From positions 315 through 64,314 of the forward strand of contig CAIOZW010000017.1 of NCBI GenBank assembly GCA_903862855.1: 64,000 nucleotides of DNA, in the 5' to 3' direction. Source of the DNA: an uncultured Acidobacteriota bacterium. GTDB taxonomy: Bacteria > Acidobacteriota > Blastocatellia > RBC074. The position numbers and the translations under genes were made by a program. Below, one piece after another: positions 51,382 through 61,165 of this stretch (position 1 is its first letter; each line of letters opens with the position of its first letter). Under the pieces are notes generated by a model. The model searched no databases, had not been told where the DNA came from, and was given only the letters and a program-made list of their open reading frames with translations.

Positions 51382-52536
51382 ATGCGATACGATGCAATTG
51401 TCATAGGCGCCGGACCGGCCGGAACAGCGGCAGCGATAACTCTAGGGATTGCCGGACACCGGGTTCTGCTGGTTGAAAAGAGCCGCTTCCCCCGCGAAAA
51501 GCTCTGTGGTGAGTTTCTGACTCCCGAGTGTCGACCCCTTCTGGCTCGGCTTGGCGTAGAGGAGAGAATGATCGGTGCCGGGGCGGCCCTCATCGAGCAA
51601 TTCAACCTCTATGCACCTGACGGGAGTTGCCTCGAGATCCCGATGCGGTGGATAGCCGATGGAGCCGCTCTGGGGATCACACGAGGCCGGATGGATCGAA
51701 TTCTTCTCGACCGGGCGATCAAGGTCGGAGTCGAGGTGCGTGAGGACTTCACAATAGGCCCCAGCTTTCAGATGGTTGATGGCGTACAGATGATCGAGGG
51801 CCGATATTCTGAGGGCCCACTGGAGAGATTCTCGACGACGATGACGATCGACGCCTCAGGACGCCACGGCGTCTTCAGCAGACAGATCCGTCAGGAGGCA
51901 TCGCGACTCAACGGGGCGCGACTCTTTGGATGCAAGGTGCATCTCGAAAGAATAGAAGGAATGGAGGGCCTGGGGGAGCTCTTCTTCTTCAAAGATGGAT
52001 ATGGCGGGTTATCAGACGTCGAGGATGGACGGTCAAACCTCTGCTTTCTGACGACGGAGCGGACCCTCGTCGAGGCGCGTGGCGATCGGATGAAGCTGAT
52101 CGATCTGACGGTAAGAACCAATCCCGCTGGCCGGAAAAGGCTGATCGATGCGGCGATGGCGGGTGAATGGCATGGAACCGGCCCGATCACCTATGGTAGA
52201 CAGCAGACCATGAGCGGAGTACTCACTGTTGGTGACGCGAGCGCATTTATCGATCCATTTACTGGAAGTGGAATGCTTCTCGCTCTCTCGAGTGGCGAAC
52301 TTGCGGCGAGGGTCATCGACGAGCATCTCTCGACCAACCGCCGCGACTCACCAGCAATGATCGCCGATTACCAGGAACGCCACCGGAACCTGTTCAGTCG
52401 CCGCTACCGGGCGGTCTCATTATTGCGACGCTCCGCTTTCCAACCGGCGATCCGTCAGTTGATGGTCTCGCTACTCTCACGACAGCAGGGGCTGGCACGC
52501 TTAATCACCCGCAGTACCAGGGCGGCCAGTTACTGA
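51382..52536 (+). CDS. FAD-dependent oxidoreductase, geranylgeranyl-reductase/halogenase-like family
   Basis: MRYDAIVIGAGPAGTAAAITLGIAGHRVLLVEK is the FAD Rossmann motif, followed by KLCGEFLTPE. Confidence 0.65.
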   Translation: MRYDAIVIGAGPAGTAAAITLGIAGHRVLLVEKSRFPREKLCGEFLTPECRPLLARLGVEERMIGAGAALIEQFNLYAPDGSCLEIPMRWIADGAALGITRGRMDRILLDRAIKVGVEVREDFTIGPSFQMVDGVQMIEGRYSEGPLERFSTTMTIDASGRHGVFSRQIRQEASRLNGARLFGCKVHLERIEGMEGLGELFFFKDGYGGLSDVEDGRSNLCFLTTERTLVEARGDRMKLIDLTVRTNPAGRKRLIDAAMAGEWHGTGPITYGRQQTMSGVLTVGDASAFIDPFTGSGMLLALSSGELAARVIDEHLSTNRRDSPAMIADYQERHRNLFSRRYRAVSLLRRSAFQPAIRQLMVSLLSRQQGLARLITRSTRAASY

Positions 52537-54920
52537 TCTCTCAAACGACCACTGGTCATGAGGGCATTGAAGACGAACGGGTAGTTGGTAAGACTTCGCC
52601 CACGGTAGAGGGGACGAAATCCAAACAGGATGATCCGTCCACTTCCTAGCTTGACCTCGACCAGTGCCGCCTGCCCGCGCAGCCGGTACTGGGGTTCAAG
52701 CGGCAGGGTCTTCCCGTTCTCGGCCGGATACCGCGCGATGACCCGGGCTATCCGCGGGTCGAGAATCTCAAAGGCCGGCCCGTTCTCAAAGCAGGCAATC
52801 GACTCACGGCCAATACCCAGGCTGAGCGGATCGGCTGGATCGACCTCAAGCCGCAGAACAGAGATATGGTCACGGCCATTGCCACTGCCTTTCGACTTGC
52901 CGATGGGGACATGGCGAACCGGCAGACTGAACTTGCGCACGGCAAAGAGAGAGGCGCGGTTGAAGGTGATGAGTGTCCCGCCAGACTCGACGAACGCACG
53001 CAGCGCGCGCGCACCTGCTCCTCCAATTGTGGCTGCCTCCTTACGACTCTTCCCTCTCTCGTTCGACTGTCCTCCATCTCCAGAAAAGATCCAATCCTGG
53101 TCAGGAAGGACGATCGAATCAAAGCGCGACGACAATCCCGGATCTCCCGTCTCCTGTGGAGTGATTACCGTATATCCAAAGCGGTACTGATCGAACAGCA
53201 ACCGTATCCATCGCTCGTCAGATGATCTCTGCCCACTGCTGTAGAGAGCCACCCGAACGCCTCCGTTTTCACGAACCCGTTCCTGAATTACCAGAGCCAT
53301 CGGCTCCGGCCTCGATTTGATCTGAAAGGGATTACCGACTCGGACAACCTCAACATTGAGCAGCAGCGGGAGATTCGCTTGCCCACCGCTCATCGCACCT
53401 TTACCGGCTGACAGTGGATCGAGCAGATCACGCGCAAATTGGGCATCTGGTTGATTCATCATCACCAGATGAGTGCCAGCCGGCCAGCTTCTCCCTTCAA
53501 TCTTGAAAGGCTCATCTGCACGGCGAACTTCAACCCGGCCACGCTTGAGAATGGCCAGCATCCGGTCGAGCCCTTCGGTCTGATAGAAGTATCTGATCTC
53601 CCTGCCGGTCGAGGGTTCTCCCAGCGCTTCGTTATAGAGAGCCTCGGTTCGATCGTGCCGCTCACCCTCATCTCCCGTCACCTCGCGCAATCCCTCGGTC
53701 AGTTGCTGATAGGCGCGACTAATCGACTCTGGAACTGCAGGTTCGGGAATGATGTAGGCAAATGGCCGTCGCTCCTTCAAATTCTCATCTTGAATCCGCC
53801 GGCGCTCTGCGGAGATCCGATCCCGTTTTCGACCGATATTATCCAGAATAGAGATTACCGCCGCGGCCTGCCGCTCGTGTTCGGTCGACCATTTGAATAA
53901 TCCAGATCGACCAGGATCCGGCTGCTTGCCATTTGCAGTCAGTGTCGAAGCCCTTTTTCTATCTCTACTGCTGACTTCAAAATAGAGTGTTGCGTGTTGA
54001 CAAGACCATCTCTCCGGACTTCCTATCCGCGCCACCGAGGCACCGTGCGGCCCCGCCCCAAGGCATCTGGCAACCCGGGGGGAGATCAGATCGCGCGGGT
54101 TGAAGACCGATCGACCAGACTCGCGCAGGTTGACCCAGACTTCCGGTCGCCATTGATTAAGTACCTTGTCGACAAATATCTGCGTCTCAACCAGCGAGAA
54201 GGTATCAAAGTCGAGGTCCATCTCTCCACCAATGTTGATTGGGTAACCATCATCCTGAAGGCGAACTCCCACGCTCTCAGTAAAATGGCTGGCCACCCTG
54301 TCGGCACCATCCGGATCGAGCGATGGGATGATGATGATCACGACCCGGTCAAGAATGTCTCTCACTGCGGCTGTCTGCTCAGTCAGAAGTCGTTTGAGGA
54401 TCCTTCCTGCCACCAGTGTCCCATCAGCCTCACGCGGATCGATACCAGCCGTGAGGGCGATCATGACCGGGGCATCGATGGTCTCGCTTCTGCTTCCCTC
54501 CTTGATCTTTCGCTGCCTCTCCGCGAGTCGGTTCAGGCCGCGCAGATTTGGCGGGGCAGAGATGAAGAGCGCAACCTGAGATCGCCCCTCCCTCGTCCTC
54601 CCGATCTCTCGAATCTCAAGACGCTCACTCTGCCGATCCAACTCGCGCAGTTCACTCAGCAAATCGACCCACCGGACCAGTCGAGGCTCCTCGCCAGTTC
54701 CACCTCCAGCCATCGGCGATGGCATCGTAAACATTCGGGCCGAACTGACCCTCTCTTGCGAGGCCTGAACAACAGTGATCACACCACTCAGTAAGACCGC
54801 GATACCGGCCAACAGGGCTGCTCGACTCCAACTATCCTGCTTCACCTCAACCATCTTACTTCTCCTCTGCTCAGGTTTACTCCGGCCCCCCATCCTCTTC
54901 AGAAAACCGTACCGGCTCAC
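52530..54920 (-). CDS. Membrane-anchored M14-like (carboxypeptidase-fold) protein. The first zinc-ligand motif appears to be altered.
   Basis: 796 aa with a signal-anchor. The region IDAPVMIALTAGIDPREADG...VVIIIIPSLDPDGA resembles the M14 HxxE...NPDG architecture, but with Asp where the first His is expected. This needs an alignment to verify. The start could alternatively be MVEVKQD. Confidence 0.4.
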   Translation of the reverse strand: MSRYGFLKRMGGRSKPEQRRSKMVEVKQDSWSRAALLAGIAVLLSGVITVVQASQERVSSARMFTMPSPMAGGGTGEEPRLVRWVDLLSELRELDRQSERLEIREIGRTREGRSQVALFISAPPNLRGLNRLAERQRKIKEGSRSETIDAPVMIALTAGIDPREADGTLVAGRILKRLLTEQTAAVRDILDRVVIIIIPSLDPDGADRVASHFTESVGVRLQDDGYPINIGGEMDLDFDTFSLVETQIFVDKVLNQWRPEVWVNLRESGRSVFNPRDLISPRVARCLGAGPHGASVARIGSPERWSCQHATLYFEVSSRDRKRASTLTANGKQPDPGRSGLFKWSTEHERQAAAVISILDNIGRKRDRISAERRRIQDENLKERRPFAYIIPEPAVPESISRAYQQLTEGLREVTGDEGERHDRTEALYNEALGEPSTGREIRYFYQTEGLDRMLAILKRGRVEVRRADEPFKIEGRSWPAGTHLVMMNQPDAQFARDLLDPLSAGKGAMSGGQANLPLLLNVEVVRVGNPFQIKSRPEPMALVIQERVRENGGVRVALYSSGQRSSDERWIRLLFDQYRFGYTVITPQETGDPGLSSRFDSIVLPDQDWIFSGDGGQSNERGKSRKEAATIGGAGARALRAFVESGGTLITFNRASLFAVRKFSLPVRHVPIGKSKGSGNGRDHISVLRLEVDPADPLSLGIGRESIACFENGPAFEILDPRIARVIARYPAENGKTLPLEPQYRLRGQAALVEVKLGSGRIILFGFRPLYRGRSLTNYPFVFNALMTSGRLRDQ

Positions 54921-55216
54921 CAGAGGGCAATCGGCTTTTCACTCCAGCTCTCTCCCTTGCTCTCTATCTTCGTGTGAGATCTCTCTGACTGGAGAGTTCC
55001 GGGTGGCCCGACGCGAATGCGCGAAGAGAGATAATTGGTTTGCCCTCAGGCCCATCCGGTTCCGCTTGATACTGCCGCTCAGCCTGCTCACTCAGCCTTG
55101 AAATCGACTCCATCTCCCGTTACCTTATCTGGGTTCAAAGACCCGACAATCCCCCGGTCTATTTCTCAACTGCTGATCGAGGGGAAGCGGGACAGAATCG
55201 CCAACCAGAGGATCGT

Positions 55217-56479
55217 ATGAGATCTCTTTTTCTTATCAAGTTCGGTATCTTCTCTCTTCTCCTCTTCCATCTCGCAGGGTGCTCGACCATTGCCGATGAG
55301 GGCCGCCGTGCCAGAAAAGATACCGCCGAGATAGACATGAGCCGCTATCAGCAGCCTCGTGCTCTTGATGAGTATGTCGATCGACTCATCGCCGATGGAC
55401 GCGACTGGCAGCAGCACGGAGTTTACATTGAATCCCTTCAGGATCCGCGCCCGATTGCCCTGCTCAACGAGAGTCAGGAGTTCAATCCTGCCTCGGTCAT
55501 CAAACTGGCGACCTCTCTCGCCGCTCTCCACAAGCTGGGCTCAGAATTCCGTTTCCGTACCGAATTCCGTGCTGAGGGGGATGTCCGCTCAGGCAAACTG
55601 GACGGCGACCTGATTCTCGTCAGTGGCGGTGATCCCGCCTTCTCGATCTCCGATGCGCGGCGGGTCGGGCAAGCCATTCGCCAGTTTGGTGTCCGCCAGG
55701 TCTCCGGTCAACTTATTGTCGTTGGCCATTTTACTTGCAATGAGAACTCCACCACGGACGTCTCCGCGCGGGTCTTTGCCAAACATACCGGAATCACTTT
55801 CAAGAGACCACCCCGCTTTATCCAACCGAATGAATACCATCCTCGCGGCACTCAGATCGCAACCGTCGAGTCCGATTCCCTCCTGAAGATAGTTCAATAT
55901 CTCAACTCCTTCAGCGTCAATTCCATGGCGGAGACTCTTGCCATTCACATTGGCGGTCCTTCCGGTGTCGAAAGATTCCTCATCGAGGAGATCGGTATGC
56001 CACGCCAGTCCGTCTTTGTGTCCCACGCCTCCGGACTCGATGTCAACCGGCTTACACCTCGTGAAACAGTTCGACTTCTCCGGGAGATGATGAAGTGGCT
56101 CGATCGACACAATCTCCATCCATCGACCATCATGCCCATTGCTGGTCGCGATCCCGGCACTCTCCGAGAACGATTCACAGAGGAGAATTTTGCCGGAAGT
56201 ATCATTGCCAAGACCGGTACACTCCATTCAACCGACTCTGGCGTTGCCGCGCTCGCCGGGATCATCTACACCAGAGGCTATGGCCCGCTCCTCTTCGCCG
56301 TCTATGACATGGCGGAGGGTCGACGTGTCGACCAGCTGCGTCGTCTTCAGGATCAGTTTCTGAAGGAGCTCATCGATGAATGTGGCGGCCCCAACCCGCT
56401 CTCCTCTCCGCCCGGCAGACAGTTAGGCCTCCAGATCGAGAGTCTGATCAGGCTCTCGACTGGCGACTTCTCCGGTTGA
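55217..56479 (+). CDS. dacB: D-alanyl-D-alanine carboxypeptidase/endopeptidase (PBP4, peptidase S13)
   Basis: A signal peptide. ASVIKLATSLAALHKLGSEFRFRT carries the SxxK active site in an S13 context. GTLHSTDSGVAALAG is a KTG-like region. Confidence 0.75.
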   Translation: MRSLFLIKFGIFSLLLFHLAGCSTIADEGRRARKDTAEIDMSRYQQPRALDEYVDRLIADGRDWQQHGVYIESLQDPRPIALLNESQEFNPASVIKLATSLAALHKLGSEFRFRTEFRAEGDVRSGKLDGDLILVSGGDPAFSISDARRVGQAIRQFGVRQVSGQLIVVGHFTCNENSTTDVSARVFAKHTGITFKRPPRFIQPNEYHPRGTQIATVESDSLLKIVQYLNSFSVNSMAETLAIHIGGPSGVERFLIEEIGMPRQSVFVSHASGLDVNRLTPRETVRLLREMMKWLDRHNLHPSTIMPIAGRDPGTLRERFTEENFAGSIIAKTGTLHSTDSGVAALAGIIYTRGYGPLLFAVYDMAEGRRVDQLRRLQDQFLKELIDECGGPNPLSSPPGRQLGLQIESLIRLSTGDFSG

Positions 56480-56513
56480 GTAACCAGTTATCCAAAGAAG
56501 AGATTGCCGTCCT

Positions 56514-57218
56514 TCAGACCAGGTTTAGCTTGATGGCCTTTGCCACCGCTTCGGTTTTGGAGTGGACCTGCAGTTTTTCGTAGATGTTGCGAACATGGAA
56601 GGAGACGGCGTGGACAGTCACCTTGAGTTCAACTGCCGCCGTCTTGTAGATGTGCCCATCAACGAGCAGCTTGAGGACTCTCTGCTCGTGTGGGGTCAGA
56701 TTGTACTCATCCTGTTGGGGAGGTCTCCAATGTTTGAAGATGTCGACCACCCGGCGTGCGACCTCCGGCGACATTGGCGCTCCCCCCTCGACCACCTCGC
56801 GAATACTGGTCAGTATCTCCGTCGGCGGTGTCTTTTTGAGAAGATAACCGGTCGCCCCCGCACAGAGCGCATCGAAGATGCGCTTGTCATCCATGAAGAC
56901 GGAAAGAACAATGAAGAGAAGTTCGGGATAATCACCCTTGAGACGCCTGATGCCTTCAGTGCCTGACATTCCCGGCAGACCAAGGTCGATCAGAATTACC
57001 GATGGAATCTCACCCGTGGAATCCATCATTGAACCGATTCCCCGGATGGCAAGTTCCATCGTCTCGTATGTGGCAAGACACGAATAACCTGGTGATTCAT
57101 CGAGGATCCTTCGAAGCCCTTCACGGATCTCCTTTTGATCCTCGATGATCACCACCCTGATGGCTGAGGGAAAACTAGGTTTGTCCTGATTCTGGTTGAG
57201 CATGTCGCTCTTATTCAT
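56514..57218 (-). CDS. NarL/LuxR-family response regulator (REC plus HTH_LuxR)
   Basis: The receiver domain is VVIIEDQKEIREGLRRIL...ILIDLGLPGMSG. The C-terminal LuxR HTH is LTPHEQRVLKLLVDGHIYKTAAVELKVTVHAVSFHVRNIYEKL. Confidence 0.9.
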   Translation of the reverse strand: MNKSDMLNQNQDKPSFPSAIRVVIIEDQKEIREGLRRILDESPGYSCLATYETMELAIRGIGSMMDSTGEIPSVILIDLGLPGMSGTEGIRRLKGDYPELLFIVLSVFMDDKRIFDALCAGATGYLLKKTPPTEILTSIREVVEGGAPMSPEVARRVVDIFKHWRPPQQDEYNLTPHEQRVLKLLVDGHIYKTAAVELKVTVHAVSFHVRNIYEKLQVHSKTEAVAKAIKLNLV

Positions 57219-57460
57219 AACCTGTTAGCAAGACATTTTTGAGCTGGGACGCAAATTCATTAAATTTCTGACAGTCAATTCTCGCCAGTAGAGCAGCCAC
57301 TAACCCGGGCAGATCCGACTCCAACCTGGCAATATCGGCCCTATGACACTTTTTAATGCTGAATTGGTAAAACGTCATTGACTGACAACCTCCATTAACA
57401 ATTGATGACCGATATCAACGACCTATCAATTGCTTAATCAATGACTGAATCAATACCATT

Positions 57461-57490
57461 AGTAAATTAATGCCAAGCAGTAAATTAATG
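57461..57490. promoter_or_regulatory. Perfect 12-bp direct repeat AGTAAATTAATG x2, offset by 18 bp, with flanking CAATTG palindromes, in a 709-bp AT-rich spacer upstream of the response-regulator gene
   Basis: agtaaattaatg at 57461-57472 and again at 57479-57490. caattg occurs at about 57404, 57427 and 57492. Confidence 0.45.
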
Positions 57491-57927
57491 TCAATTGGCC
57501 TATTCATGCTGGCAGATACATATCATTCCATTTTAAAGATCAAGACCGCATTTTTATAGAACAACAACCCAAAACTCTACCTTGTACAATAGATAGCGAA
57601 AATTTCAGAAAAAAGAGTTCACAAAATCCATCTAAAAATCGGTCGAGATATATAAAATTTGTATAACATTCTGTAACCGAGCAGATTGCTGCTCTTTTAA
57701 AGCGTCGCCGGCCAGACAGATGTGAAACCTTACTCCTCGACTGGGTCCGGACTCTCCAGAATAATGTTTACCAGCATTGTCCGCCGGTGAGGTCTCACAG
57801 GAGCCCCGGGTAAGGCAATCCGGAAATCTGTCGGGATCAATGTTGTCGTGGACATTAAACCAACCGAGGGCAAAATAAAACTACATATTCGTGTAGCTTT
57901 AGCACTCTCCCACCCCTCTTTTACCCT

Positions 57928-60900
57928 TCAATTGAGCGGAATGATCAGAGAGATGTGCGTTCCGTTCCCGGGACTCGACTCGATGCTGATTGTTCCGCAC
58001 AACTCCGCTGCACGATTTCGCAGTCCATTGAGACCGTTACCACCATACCCTTGGTGACGCAGTTGAGCCATTTGAAAACCAACGCCATTGTCACTGATCC
58101 GCAGCAACAGTTCACTCCCCGTGACGGTGATCTCGATCTTGACCCGGGTAGCCTGGCTGTGGCGGACGATATTGTTGATTGCCTCTTTGAAGAAGAGGTA
58201 GATATGGCGCCGTTTTGGGACATCGAGTGGAAAGTCGCCTTCACTGGCCGCAAAATTGAGTTCGATATCACCGCGGGCAGCGAGAGATTCACCGGCAAAG
58301 TGTCGAATTCGTTTGGCGAGATCGGTCAATGAGTCACGATGTGGATTGACCAACCAGACGATCTCCTCCATCGAGTCGATCGCGGCACGAGAGATCTCGG
58401 CAACCCGGCGCAGATAGAGATCGCGTGTCTGATCGGCCGTCGGGCTTCCACTCTCCGTCTGGCGAAGGGCCACTTCAGTGAGAATGGCGATCTGTGAGAG
58501 GCTCGACCCAACCTCATCGTGCAGATCGGAGGAGATCTGGGTGCGAAGACGCTCCAGACGAAGCTGCTGACGAAATCGTGTCCAGTGGATCAGATAGCCG
58601 ATAAAGAAGGTGACCAGGAGCAGCAGCAGCACAAACCACCAGCTGAGCCAGAAGGGAGGTGCGATGCTGAAGTTGACTACGGCAGGACTGCTGCTGGGAG
58701 TTCCCTCGGCATTGATGGCGCGGATCAGAAGACGGTAACGACCTGGACCGAGATTGGCATAGTTGAGAGTCCGAACATCACCACGATCAACCCAGTCCTG
58801 ATCGACTCCATCGAGGCGAATCTGGTAGCGGAGGTTATCGCCGATCGCAAAGGTAAGACCAAGATACTGAATCTCGATCTGATTGTTTCCCTGCTCGATC
58901 TCCGGGATGGTGACCTCGCTCTCACCAAAGGCTGAGACGTGAAATTCGCGACCGCCGATACGGAGCCGATCGACAAATACTGCCGGCGGAACCGAGGCGG
59001 TTGTACCACCGGGAGTGAAGGTCGAGATTCCCTGGGTCGTCGCCGCCCAGATGGCGCCATTCCCGTCCCGAAAGAGGTCATCGACGCTGCCGAGAGCAAG
59101 CCCCTCAAACTGCGAGAAATGCCTGATTCGATCCGATTGGAGATCAAGTTGATCGAGACCACGGGCCGTCCCGGCATAGATCCGTCCGAGATTATCAGCC
59201 GTGATACTCGTAACCCGGTTTGAGATGAGCCCCTGCTCCTTGCCATAGTATCGGAAGACCAGTCGATCAGCCTGAGGGTCGTTGATCCTGATCAATCCCT
59301 GGATGGTCGAACCTGCCCACAACCTTCCGGCCTGGTCGAAGAAGAGGCAGTGGAGATTGCCGCGCGGAGCATCGGGCTCCTCATCGACGAGTATCAGTCT
59401 GCCATTGAGCAGGCGGGCCAGGCCACCCATACCCGTATCGTGACTGAGTCCCAGCCAGACTACGCCATACCGATCCTCGGCGAGGGCCGTCACCTGACGA
59501 TTCTGGAAGATCGACTGATTGTCTCCCTTTGAGACGTTGACAATGCGGTTGGTCGCCCGCTCCCATCGATCGAGGTGATGAATATTCTTCTGACTGGTGG
59601 CGATCCAGATATCACCACGTGAGTCCTCGAAGAGGCGGGTTACCCAGTCGAGCGAGAGTCCGTGGCGTCTATTGTAGACCCCGATCGGGCGGGCAGTCTG
59701 GAGATGACGGATCGAGTTGCCGCGCGGAAAACGGTAGATCCCATTGGTGGTTGGAATCCACCACTCACCCTGCCGATCCTGGAAGCCGACCTGGTTCCAG
59801 CCGGATGAGAATGAGCCCCCGGCCGGAATGTTGGGGCGAACCCAAAAGAATCTACCATTTTCGAGCTGACCAAGCCGTAACTGCAGGTTGAGGGCACCTG
59901 GAACCCCGGGAGGAATTTCATTGACGTAGGCAGCAACTGTTGTCTGACCGTTGAGGGTCGAAAAGATGGAGACGGCGGAGGCAATACGGTCGGCCATTCC
60001 ATAGCTGGTGAAACCATCGGTGACCCATTTCATGATGCCCGCATTGGCCGTACCGATCCAGATACTGCCCTGGGGACCGGTTGTAATCGTGGTCAGATAA
60101 TAGTCACTCAACCCGTTCTCGATCAGGTATTTCCTGACGTCAGTCGCCTGTCCGTCGCTTTTGAGACGAAAGGTGGTCAGACCACGATCGGTAGCTACCC
60201 AGTAGGTGCCATCCTCAGCCTGATAGAGATCACGGACCCAGTCTCCCGGCAATCCTTCGATGAAGTGGAAACGGTCTTTGATGTTGAGCTTACTGACTGC
60301 GGGATTGACGGTCTGGGCAAAAAGTCCACGGCCTGTCCCAATCCATATCCGCCTGGACCGGTCCAGAGTGAGGCGGGAGATCTCCATATCGGGAAGTCCC
60401 TCACGCTCTCCAAAGCTCTCGAAGGCCTGCCCTGGTTCACGTTCAGGATGATAGACAACAATGCCATTCGAAAGGCCGATCCAGAGTGACCCATCCTCGT
60501 GAGCGAGCATTGACCTGATGTATCGCTGATCGCCACCCGTTGTCACAAAACTGGTCGGCTCAAGTGCATAGCCCCCATTTCGATTGGTCAGTTTGAAGAG
60601 ACCACTCCCGGTTCCACACCAGACGAGACCATCAGCTCCTTTGACGAGGGAGGTCACCGGGCTCTCCTGCGCCTCGCCCGGAAGGCGATAGTAGGTGAAC
60701 ATTGGCGGAAGACCGGAGAAACGACCTTTCGGTGCGCCCTGTGGATTGAAGTGGACCAAACCACCGTTGGTAGCCAGCCAGAATCGCCCGTCACCAGACT
60801 CGATTATGTCCCTGATTTGACGATGCGGGAGCCCCAGCTCGACCCCATAGCTCACAAATCGATAACCGTCGAATCGGGAGAACCCCTCGTTTGTCCCAAT

Positions 60901-61125
60901 CCAGGCAAACCCACGCCGATCGAAGAGAATCCGATTGATGAAATTCTGGGCAAGCCCGTCCGAGGTATTGTACTTTCGTATGGGGTAGAGTTCTGCACGG
61001 GCAGGCGGAAGGATGACGGTCGGCAGGGTGATCAGGAGCAGGAACCGTACGATCACATGGCCGACCACCTGGCCGAGCATCCTGGAAACAGTGAACTTCT
61101 TGCTGCGAGAGTTGGCCAACATCAT
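57928..61125 (-). CDS. Sensor histidine kinase with periplasmic two-component-regulator propeller (Reg_prop) repeats and a Y_Y_Y domain, then TM, HisKA_3 and HATPase_c
   Basis: 1065 aa. Reg_prop-type blades recur throughout (GFAWIGTNEGFSRFDG, RFWLATNGGLVHFN, LVWCGTGSGLFKL, SIWIGTANAGIMKW, RLWAGSTIQGLIRI...). A single TM helix (FWLSWWFVLLLLLVTFFIGYLI) follows. The H-box is SSDLHDEVGSSLSQI and the ATPase is GYGGNGLNGLRNRAAELCGTISIESSPGNGTHISL. There is no receiver domain. Confidence 0.85.
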   Translation of the reverse strand: MMLANSRSKKFTVSRMLGQVVGHVIVRFLLLITLPTVILPPARAELYPIRKYNTSDGLAQNFINRILFDRRGFAWIGTNEGFSRFDGYRFVSYGVELGLPHRQIRDIIESGDGRFWLATNGGLVHFNPQGAPKGRFSGLPPMFTYYRLPGEAQESPVTSLVKGADGLVWCGTGSGLFKLTNRNGGYALEPTSFVTTGGDQRYIRSMLAHEDGSLWIGLSNGIVVYHPEREPGQAFESFGEREGLPDMEISRLTLDRSRRIWIGTGRGLFAQTVNPAVSKLNIKDRFHFIEGLPGDWVRDLYQAEDGTYWVATDRGLTTFRLKSDGQATDVRKYLIENGLSDYYLTTITTGPQGSIWIGTANAGIMKWVTDGFTSYGMADRIASAVSIFSTLNGQTTVAAYVNEIPPGVPGALNLQLRLGQLENGRFFWVRPNIPAGGSFSSGWNQVGFQDRQGEWWIPTTNGIYRFPRGNSIRHLQTARPIGVYNRRHGLSLDWVTRLFEDSRGDIWIATSQKNIHHLDRWERATNRIVNVSKGDNQSIFQNRQVTALAEDRYGVVWLGLSHDTGMGGLARLLNGRLILVDEEPDAPRGNLHCLFFDQAGRLWAGSTIQGLIRINDPQADRLVFRYYGKEQGLISNRVTSITADNLGRIYAGTARGLDQLDLQSDRIRHFSQFEGLALGSVDDLFRDGNGAIWAATTQGISTFTPGGTTASVPPAVFVDRLRIGGREFHVSAFGESEVTIPEIEQGNNQIEIQYLGLTFAIGDNLRYQIRLDGVDQDWVDRGDVRTLNYANLGPGRYRLLIRAINAEGTPSSSPAVVNFSIAPPFWLSWWFVLLLLLVTFFIGYLIHWTRFRQQLRLERLRTQISSDLHDEVGSSLSQIAILTEVALRQTESGSPTADQTRDLYLRRVAEISRAAIDSMEEIVWLVNPHRDSLTDLAKRIRHFAGESLAARGDIELNFAASEGDFPLDVPKRRHIYLFFKEAINNIVRHSQATRVKIEITVTGSELLLRISDNGVGFQMAQLRHQGYGGNGLNGLRNRAAELCGTISIESSPGNGTHISLIIPLN

Positions 61126-61165
61126 CGCCGTATTGACTTCCTCGACCGGGCAGGGTGGAGTCGGT

